DNA of 48,350 nucleotides, taken from positions 1 through 48,350 of the forward strand of contig JBJTDZ010000053.1 of assembly GCA_046092585.1 (NCBI GenBank), in the 5' to 3' direction. Each line of letters starts with the position of its first letter. The first letter of the stretch is position 1. The stretch is from Pirellulales bacterium. Lineage in GTDB: Bacteria > Planctomycetota > Planctomycetia > Pirellulales > UBA1268. The notes below the pieces were generated by a model. That model had not been told where the DNA came from and did no database searches. It worked only from the letters and a program-made list of their open reading frames with translations. Made by a program: the position numbers and the translations under genes. Of the stretch, positions 9,467 to 20,500 are shown one piece after another.

Positions 9467-10687
9467 ATGCCCTGCCGCATCGAGGCCGACCGACACCCCC
9501 CGCCGCCGACGTCACCGGGGCTGCTACCGGAACCGCTCGGCTGGATCGAGACGGCCCTCGGGCGGCTCGCCGACGAGGGCCTCCAGCGGCCGCAGCGCAT
9601 CCGCGACGGCCGCCAGGGCGCGGAGGTCGTGCTCGACGGCCGGCCGCTCATCAACGTCGGCTCCAACGACTACCTCGGCTACGCCGGCGACGTCCGCCTG
9701 ACGAAGGCGGCGTCCAAGGCCGCCTGCGCCGAGGGTTTTGGTGCGGGAGCGAGCCCGCTGATCAGCGGGCAGTCGCGGGCCCACGAGCGGCTCGAGCGGG
9801 CCATCGCAGACCTGCTCGGCGTGCCGGCGGCCATCACGTTCGCCAGCGGCTTCGCCGCCAACGCCGCCACGATCGCGGCCCTCGTCGGGCCGGGCGACCT
9901 GGTGTTCAGCGACGAACGCAACCACGCGAGCATCATCGACGGCTGCCGGCTCTCGCGGGCGACGGTGCACGTCTATCCGCACCGCGACGTGGCCGCAGTC
10001 GAGGCGATCCTCGCGGCCGCCCCGGCATCCGGCCGCCGGCTGATCGTGACCGACTCGCTCTTCTCGATGGATGGCACCGTCGCGCCCCTGGCGGATCTCT
10101 CCGCGATCGCCAGCCGCCGTGGTGCGATGCTCATGGTCGACGAGGCGCATGCCACCGGCGTCTTCGGAGCCCGGGGAAGCGGCCTTGTCGAGGAGGCCGG
10201 CTGCGCCGACGGGGTCCACATTCGCACCGGCACCCTCTCCAAGGCGCTCGGCGCGGCGGGCGGGTTCGTAGCGGGCCATGCCGACCTCGTCCGCTGGCTG
10301 CGGCACGCGGCCCGCGGCTGGATCTTCTCCACCGCGCATCCACCGGCGGTCGCCGCCGCCGCCACGAGGGCGATCGAGCTCGTGGCCGTCGAGCCCCGCC
10401 GCCGCGCGGAACTTCTGGCGAAGGCCGCCGCGTTTCGCGACCGCCTCGCCACCGCCGGCATCGATCTCGGCGGGGCCACCGCCCAGATCGTGCCGGTCGT
10501 CGCCGGCTCGGCCGCAGCCGCCGTCGCCCTCGCCGGGCGGCTCGCCGATCTCGGCTTCTTCGTGCCCGCGATCCGCCCACCGAGCGTGCCCATCGGCCGC
10601 AGCCTCGTACGGGCGAGCCTCTCCTGGCTTCACGCACCCACCGACCTCGAACGGCTCGCCGATGCGATCATCACCTGCCACCGCTGA
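9467..10687 (+). CDS. bioF: 8-amino-7-oxononanoate synthase (PLP-dependent alpha-oxoamine synthase family)
   Basis: SNDYLG, SGFAAN, NHASIIDG, FSMDG, DEAHA, GTLSKALG and AIRPPSVP motifs. Confidence 0.85.
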   Translation: MPCRIEADRHPPPPTSPGLLPEPLGWIETALGRLADEGLQRPQRIRDGRQGAEVVLDGRPLINVGSNDYLGYAGDVRLTKAASKAACAEGFGAGASPLISGQSRAHERLERAIADLLGVPAAITFASGFAANAATIAALVGPGDLVFSDERNHASIIDGCRLSRATVHVYPHRDVAAVEAILAAAPASGRRLIVTDSLFSMDGTVAPLADLSAIASRRGAMLMVDEAHATGVFGARGSGLVEEAGCADGVHIRTGTLSKALGAAGGFVAGHADLVRWLRHAARGWIFSTAHPPAVAAAATRAIELVAVEPRRRAELLAKAAAFRDRLATAGIDLGGATAQIVPVVAGSAAAAVALAGRLADLGFFVPAIRPPSVPIGRSLVRASLSWLHAPTDLERLADAIITCHR

Positions 10688-12044
10688 ACACCTGCCGTGG
10701 TGCGTGATCGGCGCCGGCCCCTCCGGGCTTGCGGCCCTCAAGCGGCTGCGCGAGATGGGTGTCGCGGCCGAGTGCCTCGAGCGGGAGGATGACAGCGGGG
10801 GCAACTGGTACCACGGCTCCGGCACCTCGCGGGTCTTCGAGTCAACGCGATTGATCAGCTCCAAGACGCTGACGGCGTTCACCGATTTTCCGATGCCGGC
10901 AGCCTATCCCGCCTATCCCGACCATCGGCAGTGCCTCGACTATCTCCGCGGCTACGCCCGGGCCTTCGGTCTCGAGCCCCACATCCGCCTCGGCACGACC
11001 GTGGAACGGATCGAGCCCGCGGGCCCTCCCGGTGGAGGCTGGCAGGTGGAGGCCGAGGGCGCGGCGCCACGCGTGTACGGCGGCGTCGTGATCGCCAGCG
11101 GCCATAACCACGTGCCGCGATGGCCCACGATTCCCGGGCGGTTCGCCGGCCACCTCCTCCATGCGGCCGACTACGCATCGCCCACGAGGCCCGTGCCGCT
11201 CGCCGGCCGCCGGGTGCTGGTGATCGGCGGGGGCAACTCCGGGTGCGACATCGCCGTCGAGGCGGCGAAGCACGCGACCCGCACGGTGCATTCGACCCGC
11301 CGGGGCTACTACGTCGTGCCCCGAACGGTCTACGGCCGGCCGGCCGACCTGCGGGGCGAGCGGCTGCTGAAGATGGGGGCCCCCACGTGGCTCCGCCGGC
11401 TCGTCGGCCTGCGGATGATCGACCGCACGATCGGCCTGCCCTGGCGGCACGGCCTGCCCCGCCCGGACCACCGCCTCTTCGAGACCCACCCGGTCATCAA
11501 CTCGGAAATCCTGGGGCTCGTCACCGCGGGCCGCATCCAGCCGATGGGCGACGTGGCCGCATTCGCGGGGCACGAGGTCGTCTTTCGCAACGGCACCCGC
11601 GAGGCCTTCGACGTCGTGGTCTGTGCCACGGGCTATCGCATCTCGCATCCGTTCATCGACGCGCGGCACCTCGGGGCCGACGACCCGGACGGCGTGCCGC
11701 GACTGTTCATGAACCTGTTGCACCCCGAACGCGACGACGTCGCCGTGGTGGGGCTGATCCAACCCGACGGCGGCCAGTGGGGAATCACCGACCTGCAGGC
11801 CGCGGTCGTGGCCCGGATGGCGCGGGCCGCCCGCTCGGCGGCCGGCGCCGCGGCCTGGCTCTACCGCGTCCGCCGGCGGCCGGAGCCTGCACCACCGATC
11901 CGCTACGTCGACTCCCCGCGGCACGCGCTCGAAGTCGAGCACCACTCCTACCGCCGCCGGCTCGAACGGCTGATCGCCGCGATCGACCGGCGCCTGCGGC
12001 ACGAGCGGGCGGCGGCCGCTACCAGCACGTCTTCCCGCCGTTGA
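10662..12044 (+). CDS. Flavin-containing monooxygenase (FMO family)
   Basis: FAD motif VIGAGPSG, FMO fingerprint FAGHLLHAADY, NADPH motif VIGGGNSG and ATGY. Confidence 0.9.
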   Translation: MRSSPATAEHLPWCVIGAGPSGLAALKRLREMGVAAECLEREDDSGGNWYHGSGTSRVFESTRLISSKTLTAFTDFPMPAAYPAYPDHRQCLDYLRGYARAFGLEPHIRLGTTVERIEPAGPPGGGWQVEAEGAAPRVYGGVVIASGHNHVPRWPTIPGRFAGHLLHAADYASPTRPVPLAGRRVLVIGGGNSGCDIAVEAAKHATRTVHSTRRGYYVVPRTVYGRPADLRGERLLKMGAPTWLRRLVGLRMIDRTIGLPWRHGLPRPDHRLFETHPVINSEILGLVTAGRIQPMGDVAAFAGHEVVFRNGTREAFDVVVCATGYRISHPFIDARHLGADDPDGVPRLFMNLLHPERDDVAVVGLIQPDGGQWGITDLQAAVVARMARAARSAAGAAAWLYRVRRRPEPAPPIRYVDSPRHALEVEHHSYRRRLERLIAAIDRRLRHERAAAATSTSSRR

Positions 12045-12792
12045 CGGCGATCGTCTGCCCGGTCACGAAGGCCGCTTCGTCGCTCGCGAGGTACACCGCC
12101 GCGAAGCCCACCTCGTCGGGCCGGCCCCAGCGGCCCAGCGGGACGCTGGCGAGGTAGGCATCCTTCTCGGCCTGCGGATCGTCCCTGTGGCGCTCCACGG
12201 GAATCCACCCGGGAGCGATCATGTTGACGGTGATGCCGAACGGCGCGAGTTCGTGGCACATGCTGCGTGACCAGCCGGTCTGGCCCCCCTTGGCGGCGAC
12301 GTACGCCGAGAACGGCGCGACGCCGAGATGGAAGACCTCGCTCGTGATGTTGATGAGCCGGCCGTGCCGCCGGGCCTTCATGCCGGGCAACACCCGCCGG
12401 GCCAGGAGGTAGGGGCTTTTCACGAAGAAATCGAGCATCTGCTGGTGGAAGTCCCAGTCGTATTCCTCGATGGGCCGCTGCGGCTGCGCCGGCGTGGCGT
12501 TGAAGACCACGATGTCGACCGGCCCGAGCGAGCCCTCGATCGCGGTGACCATGCGGTCGATCTCGGACTCGCTGGTGACGTCGGCACGGAAGAGCTTGGC
12601 CGTGGCACCCTGTGACCGCAGCGCCGCGAGCGTCTCCTCGGCACGAGTGGTGTCGTTGGCATAGTTGACGGCCACCGTCGCGCCGGCGCGGCCGAGGCAG
12701 GCGGCCGTGGCCTTGCCCAGGCCGGTGGACGAACCGGTGACCAGGGCCACGCGGCCGGCGAGCGAAAATGGCGTCGTGGGAGACATGGACAT
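12019..12792 (-). CDS. Short-chain dehydrogenase/reductase (FabG-like)
   Basis: ALVTGSSTGLG, catalytic YVAAK, NMIAPGWI and TGQTIAVNGG; start at 12792 or 12786. Confidence 0.92.
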   Translation of the reverse strand: MSMSPTTPFSLAGRVALVTGSSTGLGKATAACLGRAGATVAVNYANDTTRAEETLAALRSQGATAKLFRADVTSESEIDRMVTAIEGSLGPVDIVVFNATPAQPQRPIEEYDWDFHQQMLDFFVKSPYLLARRVLPGMKARRHGRLINITSEVFHLGVAPFSAYVAAKGGQTGWSRSMCHELAPFGITVNMIAPGWIPVERHRDDPQAEKDAYLASVPLGRWGRPDEVGFAAVYLASDEAAFVTGQTIAVNGGKTCW

Positions 12793-13008
12793 GTGCTGCT
12801 CCACGGAGGATGGACGGGGCTCTCGGCCCGGCTCACCGGATGGAGGCCGCCCATGCAGCAGTGAGGCGGTGCATGATACCGGCGATCGCACCCTGCCGCT
12901 TGCTCGAGCGCGTCGCCACGATCGTGCAATCGCCCAGCGAGGCGGCCAGGCTCCGCAGCCGCACGAACCTCGACGCAGCCCGAGGAACAGCCGTGGGTGA
13001 CTAGCGGC

Positions 13009-13038
13009 TTGACACGTTATCAGCGGTGCTGGGAAAAT
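13009..13038 (+). promoter_or_regulatory. Putative sigma70-type promoter for the DUF1553-DUF1501 pair
   Basis: TTGACA (13009-13014), 18-nt spacer, GAAAAT (13033-13038). Confidence 0.4.
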
Positions 13039-13089
13039 GCGTCGGGTATGCGATGCACGCACGCACGCACGGCGGAGGCATCGACCTCG

Positions 13090-16014
13090 ATGGGGTTCCA
13101 GGGCTGTTCGTCGGGCCGGCTCACCCGCGCAGGTCGCGTGCCCGGGCACGCTGCAGTCGGCACGGTCCTGGCGGTCGTGCTTCACACCGCCGCCACGGCT
13201 GGCGAGACGTCGCCCGTCGATTTCTCGCGCGACATCCAACCGCTCCTCGCCAAGCGGTGCCTGTCGTGCCACGGCCCCGACACGCAGGAGGCAGGCCTGC
13301 GGCTCGATGCCGTCGAATCCTCCCGCGCCGCCCTCGACAGCGGCTCCCATGCGATCGTACCGGGCGATCCCGCGACGAGCGAACTCGTCGCCCGCATCAC
13401 CTCGGATGATCCCGACCTGCGGATGCCCCCGGAGGGCGCCAGGCTCTCGGAGTCGCAGGTCGCGCTGGTGCGCCGCTGGATCGCCGAGGGCGCGGAGTAC
13501 CGTGCCCACTGGGCATTTCGTCCGGTCGAGCGGCCCGACCTGCCGGTGTCGACCGCTGGTGAGCGAACCTCCACTCCGATCGACGCGTTCATCGACGCGG
13601 GACTCGCGGCCCGGGGACTGCCCCGCCCCGACACGGCCGACAAAGCCACGCTCCTGCGCCGGGCCACGTACGGCGTCACCGGCCTGCCGCCCACGGAAGC
13701 CGAGATGGGGGCCTTTCTCGCCGATGAATCGCCCGATGCCTGGGAGAAGGTCGTCGACGGGCTCCTCGCCTCGCCGCACTACGGCGAGCACTGGGCCCGC
13801 CACTGGCTCGACCTCGTCCGCTACGCCGAGACCAACTCCTTCGAACGCGACGGCGTCAAACCGCATGCCTGGCGCTACCGCGACTACGTCATCCGCTCCT
13901 TCAACGACGACAAGCCCTACGACCGGTTCGTGATCGAACAGCTCGCGGGTGACGAGCTCCCGGAGCCGTCGACCGACGCGCTCGTCGCCACCGGGTACTA
14001 CCGGCTGGGATTGTGGGACGACGAGCCGGCCGATCGCCTGCAGACCCGCTACGACTGGCTCGACGACATCGTCTCGACCACTGGCCAGACCTTCCTCGGA
14101 CTGACCATCAACTGCGCCCGCTGCCACGACCACAAGATCGATCCGCTGCCGCAGCGCGACTACTACGCGATGCTCGCGTTCTTTCACAACGTGACCCCCA
14201 TGGGCAACGGCGGCGACCAGATCGAGCGGCCGCTGTTCGAGAACGGCGCGGATCGGCTGCGGTACGAGGCCGCCGTGGCCGACCTCGCTCGCCGCCGCGA
14301 CACGGCTCAGGCGGCCGTCACGGAGATCGAGAGCCGCTTCCGGGCGGCGGTCGAGCGGCAGGAGGCGGGTCGTCCCGCCGGCGGCGACCTCGACGACCTG
14401 GCCTTCCGCTTCTACCGCGACTCCTGGGACAGCCTGCCCGCATTCGACGAACTCAAGCACGAGGACGAGGGACCGATCCCGGGCAACCTGTTCGACATCG
14501 CCATCGCCCCTTCGCTGCGGCCTGATCACTTCGGTTACGTGTTCACCGGATTCCTCAAGGTGCCGGCCGATGGCGAGTACACCTTCTCGCTCGATTCCGA
14601 CGACGGCTCCCGGCTCACGATCGACGGCCACGTGATAGTCGAGTACGACGGCATCCACGGGGAGGGCACACCCCGGTCCGCCACCGTCCGGCTCCCCGCG
14701 GGCCGCCGGGCGATCCGCCTCGACTACTTCCAACGCCTCCACGGCAAGGGGCTTACGGTCGCATGGTCCGGCCCCGGATTCACCGGTCGCAGCCTGTCGG
14801 TGGGCCCGCGGGGAGGCGACGCCGCCCGGCTCGACCTCGCCAAGGCCGTCCGCACCGACGGCGAGCGGATCCTCGGACCGGAGGCCATGAAGGACTACGC
14901 GGCGAGGGTGCAGGCGCTCGAACGCCTGAAGAAGGAGACGGTGCCCGTCGACATGGCCCTCGTCGTCACCGAAAGCGGTGCCACGCCGCCGGAAACATTC
15001 GTCTTTCATCGCGGCAATCCCCACGCGGAGCCCAACCCCGAGAAGCGGGTCGAGCCCGGCTTTCCGGCACTCCTCTCGCCTCCTGCCCCCATCGTGGAGC
15101 CGCCGTCCGATGGTCGCTCCAGCGGCCGCCGCACGGCGCTGGCGACGTGGATCGCCTCGCCGACAAACCCGCTCACCGCCCGGGTGATGGCCAACCGGAT
15201 CTGGCAGCACCACTTCGGCCGCGGGATCGTCCGTAGCCCGAGCAACTTCGGGCTCATGGGCGACCCGCCCACCCATCCGGAACTGCTCGACTGGCTGGCG
15301 TCCGAACTCGTCGCGGGAGGATGGCGGCTCAAGCCGCTCCACAAGGCGATCCTCACGTCACGGGCGTACCGGGCGACCTCGCGGGCGGTGCCCGAGGCGC
15401 TGGCCAAGGATCCGCTCAACGACGCGTTCTGGCGGTTCGACATGCGGCGGCTGTCGGCCGAGGAGATCCGCGACTCGATCCACGTGGCCAGCGGCGCGTT
15501 CAATCCGAGGATGTTCGGCCCCGGCATCTATCCCGCGATGCCTCAGGCCGTGCTGGCCACCCAGTCGCAGCCCGGCAAGGGCTGGGGCGAATCGTCCCCC
15601 GAGGAACAGGCGCGCCGCAGCGTCTACATCCACGCCAAGCGGTCACTGCCCACGCCGATCCTCGCCGACTTCGACCTCGCCGATCCCGACGCCTCCTGCC
15701 CCGTGCGGTTCACGACCACGCAGCCCACCCAGGCCCTGGGGATGATGAACGGCGACTTCCTCCACCGCCAGGCCCGGGCCTTCGCCGAGCGGGTTCGCCG
15801 CGAGGCCGGCGGCACGAACGCCGACCAGACGGAGGCGATGATCCGCCGGGCGATCGAGGTGGCCCTGGTGCGGTCGGCCGCGGACGAGGAGGTGGCCCGC
15901 GGCGTGGCCCTGGTCGACAGGCTCGGGGCCCAGGATGGCGTCGGCCCCGGCCGTGCCCTCGAGCTGTACTGCCTGATGATCCTCAACCTCAACGAGTTCT
16001 GCTATCTCGACTGA
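13090..16014 (+). CDS. Planctomycete cytochrome c / DUF1549 / PA14 / DUF1553 protein
   Basis: VDFSRDIQPLLAKRCLSCHG; HWAF, YGEHWARHWLD and CARCHDHK (DUF1549); PA14-like insert with DSDDGSRL; NPLTARVMANRIWQHHFGRG and HPELLDWLA (DUF1553); start approximate. Confidence 0.92.
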   Translation: MGFQGCSSGRLTRAGRVPGHAAVGTVLAVVLHTAATAGETSPVDFSRDIQPLLAKRCLSCHGPDTQEAGLRLDAVESSRAALDSGSHAIVPGDPATSELVARITSDDPDLRMPPEGARLSESQVALVRRWIAEGAEYRAHWAFRPVERPDLPVSTAGERTSTPIDAFIDAGLAARGLPRPDTADKATLLRRATYGVTGLPPTEAEMGAFLADESPDAWEKVVDGLLASPHYGEHWARHWLDLVRYAETNSFERDGVKPHAWRYRDYVIRSFNDDKPYDRFVIEQLAGDELPEPSTDALVATGYYRLGLWDDEPADRLQTRYDWLDDIVSTTGQTFLGLTINCARCHDHKIDPLPQRDYYAMLAFFHNVTPMGNGGDQIERPLFENGADRLRYEAAVADLARRRDTAQAAVTEIESRFRAAVERQEAGRPAGGDLDDLAFRFYRDSWDSLPAFDELKHEDEGPIPGNLFDIAIAPSLRPDHFGYVFTGFLKVPADGEYTFSLDSDDGSRLTIDGHVIVEYDGIHGEGTPRSATVRLPAGRRAIRLDYFQRLHGKGLTVAWSGPGFTGRSLSVGPRGGDAARLDLAKAVRTDGERILGPEAMKDYAARVQALERLKKETVPVDMALVVTESGATPPETFVFHRGNPHAEPNPEKRVEPGFPALLSPPAPIVEPPSDGRSSGRRTALATWIASPTNPLTARVMANRIWQHHFGRGIVRSPSNFGLMGDPPTHPELLDWLASELVAGGWRLKPLHKAILTSRAYRATSRAVPEALAKDPLNDAFWRFDMRRLSAEEIRDSIHVASGAFNPRMFGPGIYPAMPQAVLATQSQPGKGWGESSPEEQARRSVYIHAKRSLPTPILADFDLADPDASCPVRFTTTQPTQALGMMNGDFLHRQARAFAERVRREAGGTNADQTEAMIRRAIEVALVRSAADEEVARGVALVDRLGAQDGVGPGRALELYCLMILNLNEFCYLD

Positions 16015-16033
16015 CCTCCGCGGGAACCGACCG

Positions 16034-17533
16034 ATGTCCACACCGCCACGACCGCAGGGGCAGTTCTGCCGGCGCACCCGCCGGGAGTTTTTCTGGGAGG
16101 CGGGCGGGGCGTTCACCGGCTTGGCCCTCGCCGGAATGCTCGAGCAGGGATTCTTCGCCCGCCAGGTCCGCGCCGCGACGGGCCTGCCGTTCGCCAGCCC
16201 GCTCGCGGCCAAGCCGCCGATGATCGCCCCCACGGCGAAGAGCGTGATCTTTCTCTTCATGTATGGCGGCCCGAGCCACGTCGACACGTTCGACTACAAG
16301 CCCGCGCTCTATCCGCTCGACGGCAAGACGATCCCGGTCAGGACCAAGGGCCGCGGGGGCGAGAAGAGCCAGGGCCGGGTGGTGGGGCCGAAGTGGAAGT
16401 TCAAGCAGTACGGCCAGTGCGGCAAATGGGTCAGCGACCTTTTTCCGCACGTCGCCCGCCATGTCGACAAGATCTCGTTCATCCATTCCATGACGGCCGA
16501 TTCGCCGATCCATGGCTCGGCGATGCTGCAGATGAACTCCGGCAAGATCCAGTCGGGAGCGCCCTGTCTCGGTTCCTGGGTCACCTACGGACTCGGCAGC
16601 GTCAACGAGAACCTGCCCGGGTTCGTGGTCATGCTTGACCCGACGGGGGGTCCGATCTCGGGGGCCAAGAACTGGTCGAGCGGCTACATGCCCGCGACCC
16701 ACCAGGGCACGCTCCTGCGTTCGAAGGGCGCCCCGATCCTCGATCTCGCCCCTCCCGACGACATGCCGCTCGAGGCCCAGCGGGCGATGCTCGACGCCCT
16801 GCGCCACGCGAACACCGCGCACCTCCTCTCGCGGGGCGACAACACCGAACTCGCTGCGCGGATCGCCTCCTACGAACTCGCCTGGAAGATGCAGGAGCAC
16901 GCGCCGGAGGCGGTCGATCTCGCGAGCGAGACCGAAGAGACGACAAAACTCTACGGCCTCGACAACCCGCGGACGGCCGACTTCGGTCGCCGCTGCCTCC
17001 TCGCCCGGCGACTCGCCGAGCGGGGCGTGCGGTTCATCCAGCTCTATTCCGGCGGTGCCCACAACGACGACAACTGGGACGCCCACGGCGACCTGGAGAA
17101 GAACCACAACTTCCACGCCGGCAACACCGACCAGCCGGTGGCGGCACTGCTCGAGGATCTCCACCGGCGAGGCATGCTCGACGAGACGCTCGTCATCTGG
17201 GGAGGCGAGTTCGGCCGGCAGCCCACGGCCGAATACGCCGAGGGCACCGGCCGCGACCACAACTCCTTCGGGTTCACGATGTGGATGGCCGGCGGCGGCA
17301 TCAAGGGGGGCGTGAGCGTCGGAGAGACCGATGAACTCGGCTCGGCCGCGATCTCGCCGGGCCCGGCCCACGGCAACGGCGACAAGCCCGGCTTCCACGT
17401 GAAGAGCCTCCACGCGACCGTGCTCCACTGCCTCGGGCTCGACCCCAACCGGCTCAGTTACTTCTTCGGCGGCCTCGACCAGAAACTGGTCGGCGTGGAG
17501 CACGTCGAACCGATCCGGGAGATCCTGGCCTAG
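16034..17533 (+). CDS. DUF1501 domain protein, Tat-exported
   Basis: TRREFF twin-arginine signal; AKSVIFLFMYGGPSHVDTFDYKP, WDAH, GEFGRQP and GRDHN motifs. Confidence 0.93.
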   Translation: MSTPPRPQGQFCRRTRREFFWEAGGAFTGLALAGMLEQGFFARQVRAATGLPFASPLAAKPPMIAPTAKSVIFLFMYGGPSHVDTFDYKPALYPLDGKTIPVRTKGRGGEKSQGRVVGPKWKFKQYGQCGKWVSDLFPHVARHVDKISFIHSMTADSPIHGSAMLQMNSGKIQSGAPCLGSWVTYGLGSVNENLPGFVVMLDPTGGPISGAKNWSSGYMPATHQGTLLRSKGAPILDLAPPDDMPLEAQRAMLDALRHANTAHLLSRGDNTELAARIASYELAWKMQEHAPEAVDLASETEETTKLYGLDNPRTADFGRRCLLARRLAERGVRFIQLYSGGAHNDDNWDAHGDLEKNHNFHAGNTDQPVAALLEDLHRRGMLDETLVIWGGEFGRQPTAEYAEGTGRDHNSFGFTMWMAGGGIKGGVSVGETDELGSAAISPGPAHGNGDKPGFHVKSLHATVLHCLGLDPNRLSYFFGGLDQKLVGVEHVEPIREILA

Positions 17534-17546
17534 CGCGCATGTGTCG

Positions 17547-20500
17547 CTACCGCTGTGGCGGCAGCGCGAGTGGCGTCGATGCCGGGGCGGCGGGGTCCGG
17601 CGCCGCCGGAGGCGGCTGCCCGAACACGGCCTCGAGCCCCCGGCCGATGCCGTCCTTGATCACGGCCTCCGCCGTGTTCTCGACGATCCGGCCGAGGATC
17701 GCATCGAGCGCCGCGGCGTCGAACTGCGGCTTCTGAACGGTTCCCTTGAGGGGCACCACCAGCGGCGTGCGGAAGAGCTGGCCGAGCACCGGCGTGCGGC
17801 CCACCAGATCACCACGCAGCGACACCTCGAGCCGCATGTCGAGCGAGCCGTCCTCGCCCACACTCCCCTGCGAGGTCACCACGAGCTGGCCCGTGTCCAT
17901 CACCAGACCCTCGTGGGCCAGCCTGCGGCCGGCGAGCCGCACGCGAACCGGCTCGGGCCGAACCCGCATGAGCACCGCCTTGTCGCCGAAGGCGAACCTC
18001 GGGTCGACCACGCTTTGCAGTTTCACGATCAGGTTCGCCAGCGGCTGCACGGCCGGGGCGGGCGCTACCTCCACGCCCTCGAAGAGCACCTGTCCGGCCA
18101 GTTCGCCACCGAAGGCATCGCCGAGGGGCAGGCGGGCACCGGCCAGATCGGCCGTGACCGCGCCCGAGATGGTCGTCGAATGTCCGAGCACCGGCGACAG
18201 GCAGTTCGCGAACCGCGACCCGAGGCCACCGGCGAGCGGCACCCGCTCGACGACGCGGCCGGGCGGGATGATCAGTTCTCCGGGTGCGGGCACGAGCCGC
18301 AGCCAGGGCGCACCGCGGATCCGGCCCCCGGACACCGACAGATCGAGCGGCCCGAGGGCGAGCTGCCCTTCGAGCAGCCGCACGGCCACCTCGCCCGCGG
18401 CGACCGGCAGCCCCTCGATCTCGGCCGTGGTCCAGGCCGCCGAGGTATCGATCGCGAAACTCCGCAGCCGATCATCGACGACGCTCCCGGAGGCGCGAAC
18501 GACCGTCGCCGTGACCTGCGGCTGCGGGTCGGTGCCCCGGGTCGCCGCCAGCCAGTCGTCGGGCAGAGGCAGCGTGGCCTGCGGGGACGATGCCGCCGGC
18601 GATGCCGCGACTCCCGGCCGGGCATCGACCCCGAGGGGGCCGCGGAGCGCGAACGGCCGGCCCACGGCTCCCGCCAGCCGCACACGATCGCCGACCCACG
18701 GCGTCATGAGCCGCATGACCTGCTGCCAGTCGTAGGTCACGGTGCCGTCGAGTTCGAGCATCCGTCGGGTCGCCCAGTCATCGACCCGTCCACGTGCGGC
18801 CACCGCCAGCGTCGACGACTCGACGGCCAGCCGATCGACCACGATCCGGTCGACGAGCCCGCCCCCGGCCGCACGGGGCCGCGTCACCTCGACCACGCCC
18901 ACGAGCCGCGGCTCGGCCCAGAGCGAGCGGGGCGGCGAACCGCCCGCGGCCAACGCCAACTGGCTGCCCGTCGCCTCGACCAGCACGTTGAGGCCGGCCT
19001 GCGTGTCGACGATCTCCACGGTGCCCCAGCCGCGGCCCGTCACCGGCCAGCGCGTGGCGACGTCGCCCGGCACGAACCAACGCTCCACCCGGCCCACGTC
19101 GGCCTGCCACTGCATCCGCCCGCGAAGCCGGTCGATCACGCCACCGTCCGACGGCCGCGGCGGCAGCCACGATCCGCCACCGGTGCGGAGCGACAGGCTC
19201 GTGGAGAGGATCTCCGCCGCGGAGAGGTCGACCCGCCCGCTCGCCGCGTCGATCCGGCCCGCGGACGTCACCACCACCCGCGGCTCGGCGATTTCCCGGC
19301 CCTGCCAGCGAGCCACGAACTTCTCCACCTCCGCACCGGCCCGTTGCCACTGCCAGCCATCGCCCTGGGGCGCGACCGACGTCGACGCCGTGATGCGACC
19401 GGAGAGTTCGAGGCCGGCGGCGGCCAGGGCGGGCCAGACGACGGCCAACCGTGGATGCCAGCTGGCGAGTTCGCCCCGGAGAGAACACTCGACGACGACG
19501 CTCGTCGCATTGGCTGCCGGACGCACGGCCGGCACGGCGGCTGCCGCGAGGCCGACGACCGCGGCCACGTCGACGACCGCACCGCCGGCGAGCGACGCCT
19601 CGAGCCGATCATCGCCCGCCGCCACCAGCACCCGCGCCTGCTCGACCGCCGCCGCGCCGGTCGTGAAGGCCCCCATGGCCTCCGCCTCGATCGCGAGGTC
19701 TGTGTCACGCCACGTCGGCCTGCCCGGCAGTACGAGATCGATGTCGGTGAGGCTGGCCGCGACCGTCGCCGTCTGGCCGCCGGCGACCGGGTCGGCGGTC
19801 ACGTCGATGCGGCCCCGCGATCGGCCACGGCCCGTCGCGGGCCCGAGGTCGAGCACCCCGGCGAGGCCGTCGACGAGCCCGCCGACGTCGGCCGTCCACT
19901 GGACGCCGAACGCCGCGGGCGTGCCCGACGCCGAGACTTCAATCGCCTGCGAGACGATCCGTGCCTCCTCGACGACGAGCCGGGAGTCACGACCAGCGGA
20001 CCGCCTGCCCCGCAGCCATGCGGCGAACGGCTCGGGCCAGGCCAGCTGCCGCTCGGCCACGGCCGGTGCATCCCCACCGGCCGGCGCCTCTGCCACGGCG
20101 GCCTGCACGGCCGCGAGGTCGCGGACCGTGGCCCGCACCTCGATGACCCGCTCGCCACCGTCCGGCCGCGCGGCCGCGGCGAGCCGCAGGCTGCCCCCGG
20201 TGACCCGCACGTCGGGCCGCACGGCGAGCCCGCCGGGCAGCGCCCGCGCCGCGGCCGCGAGGTCGACATCCACCGATGCCGAAAAGTCGTCACCGGCGAG
20301 ATGCTCCACCCAGTCGCGGAGATCGTCGCCGGGCAGCCGCAGCATGCCGGAGGCTTCGGCCTGAAAGGCGGGCGACGACGCGGCGAAGCGGCGCACCGCG
20401 ACGCCGTCGCCCCGCAGCGACACGTCGAACGGCATCGTCACCCGCTCCACCGCGAACCGTTCCGTGAGGTCGGAGGCGGCACATACCGCGAACTGCTCGA

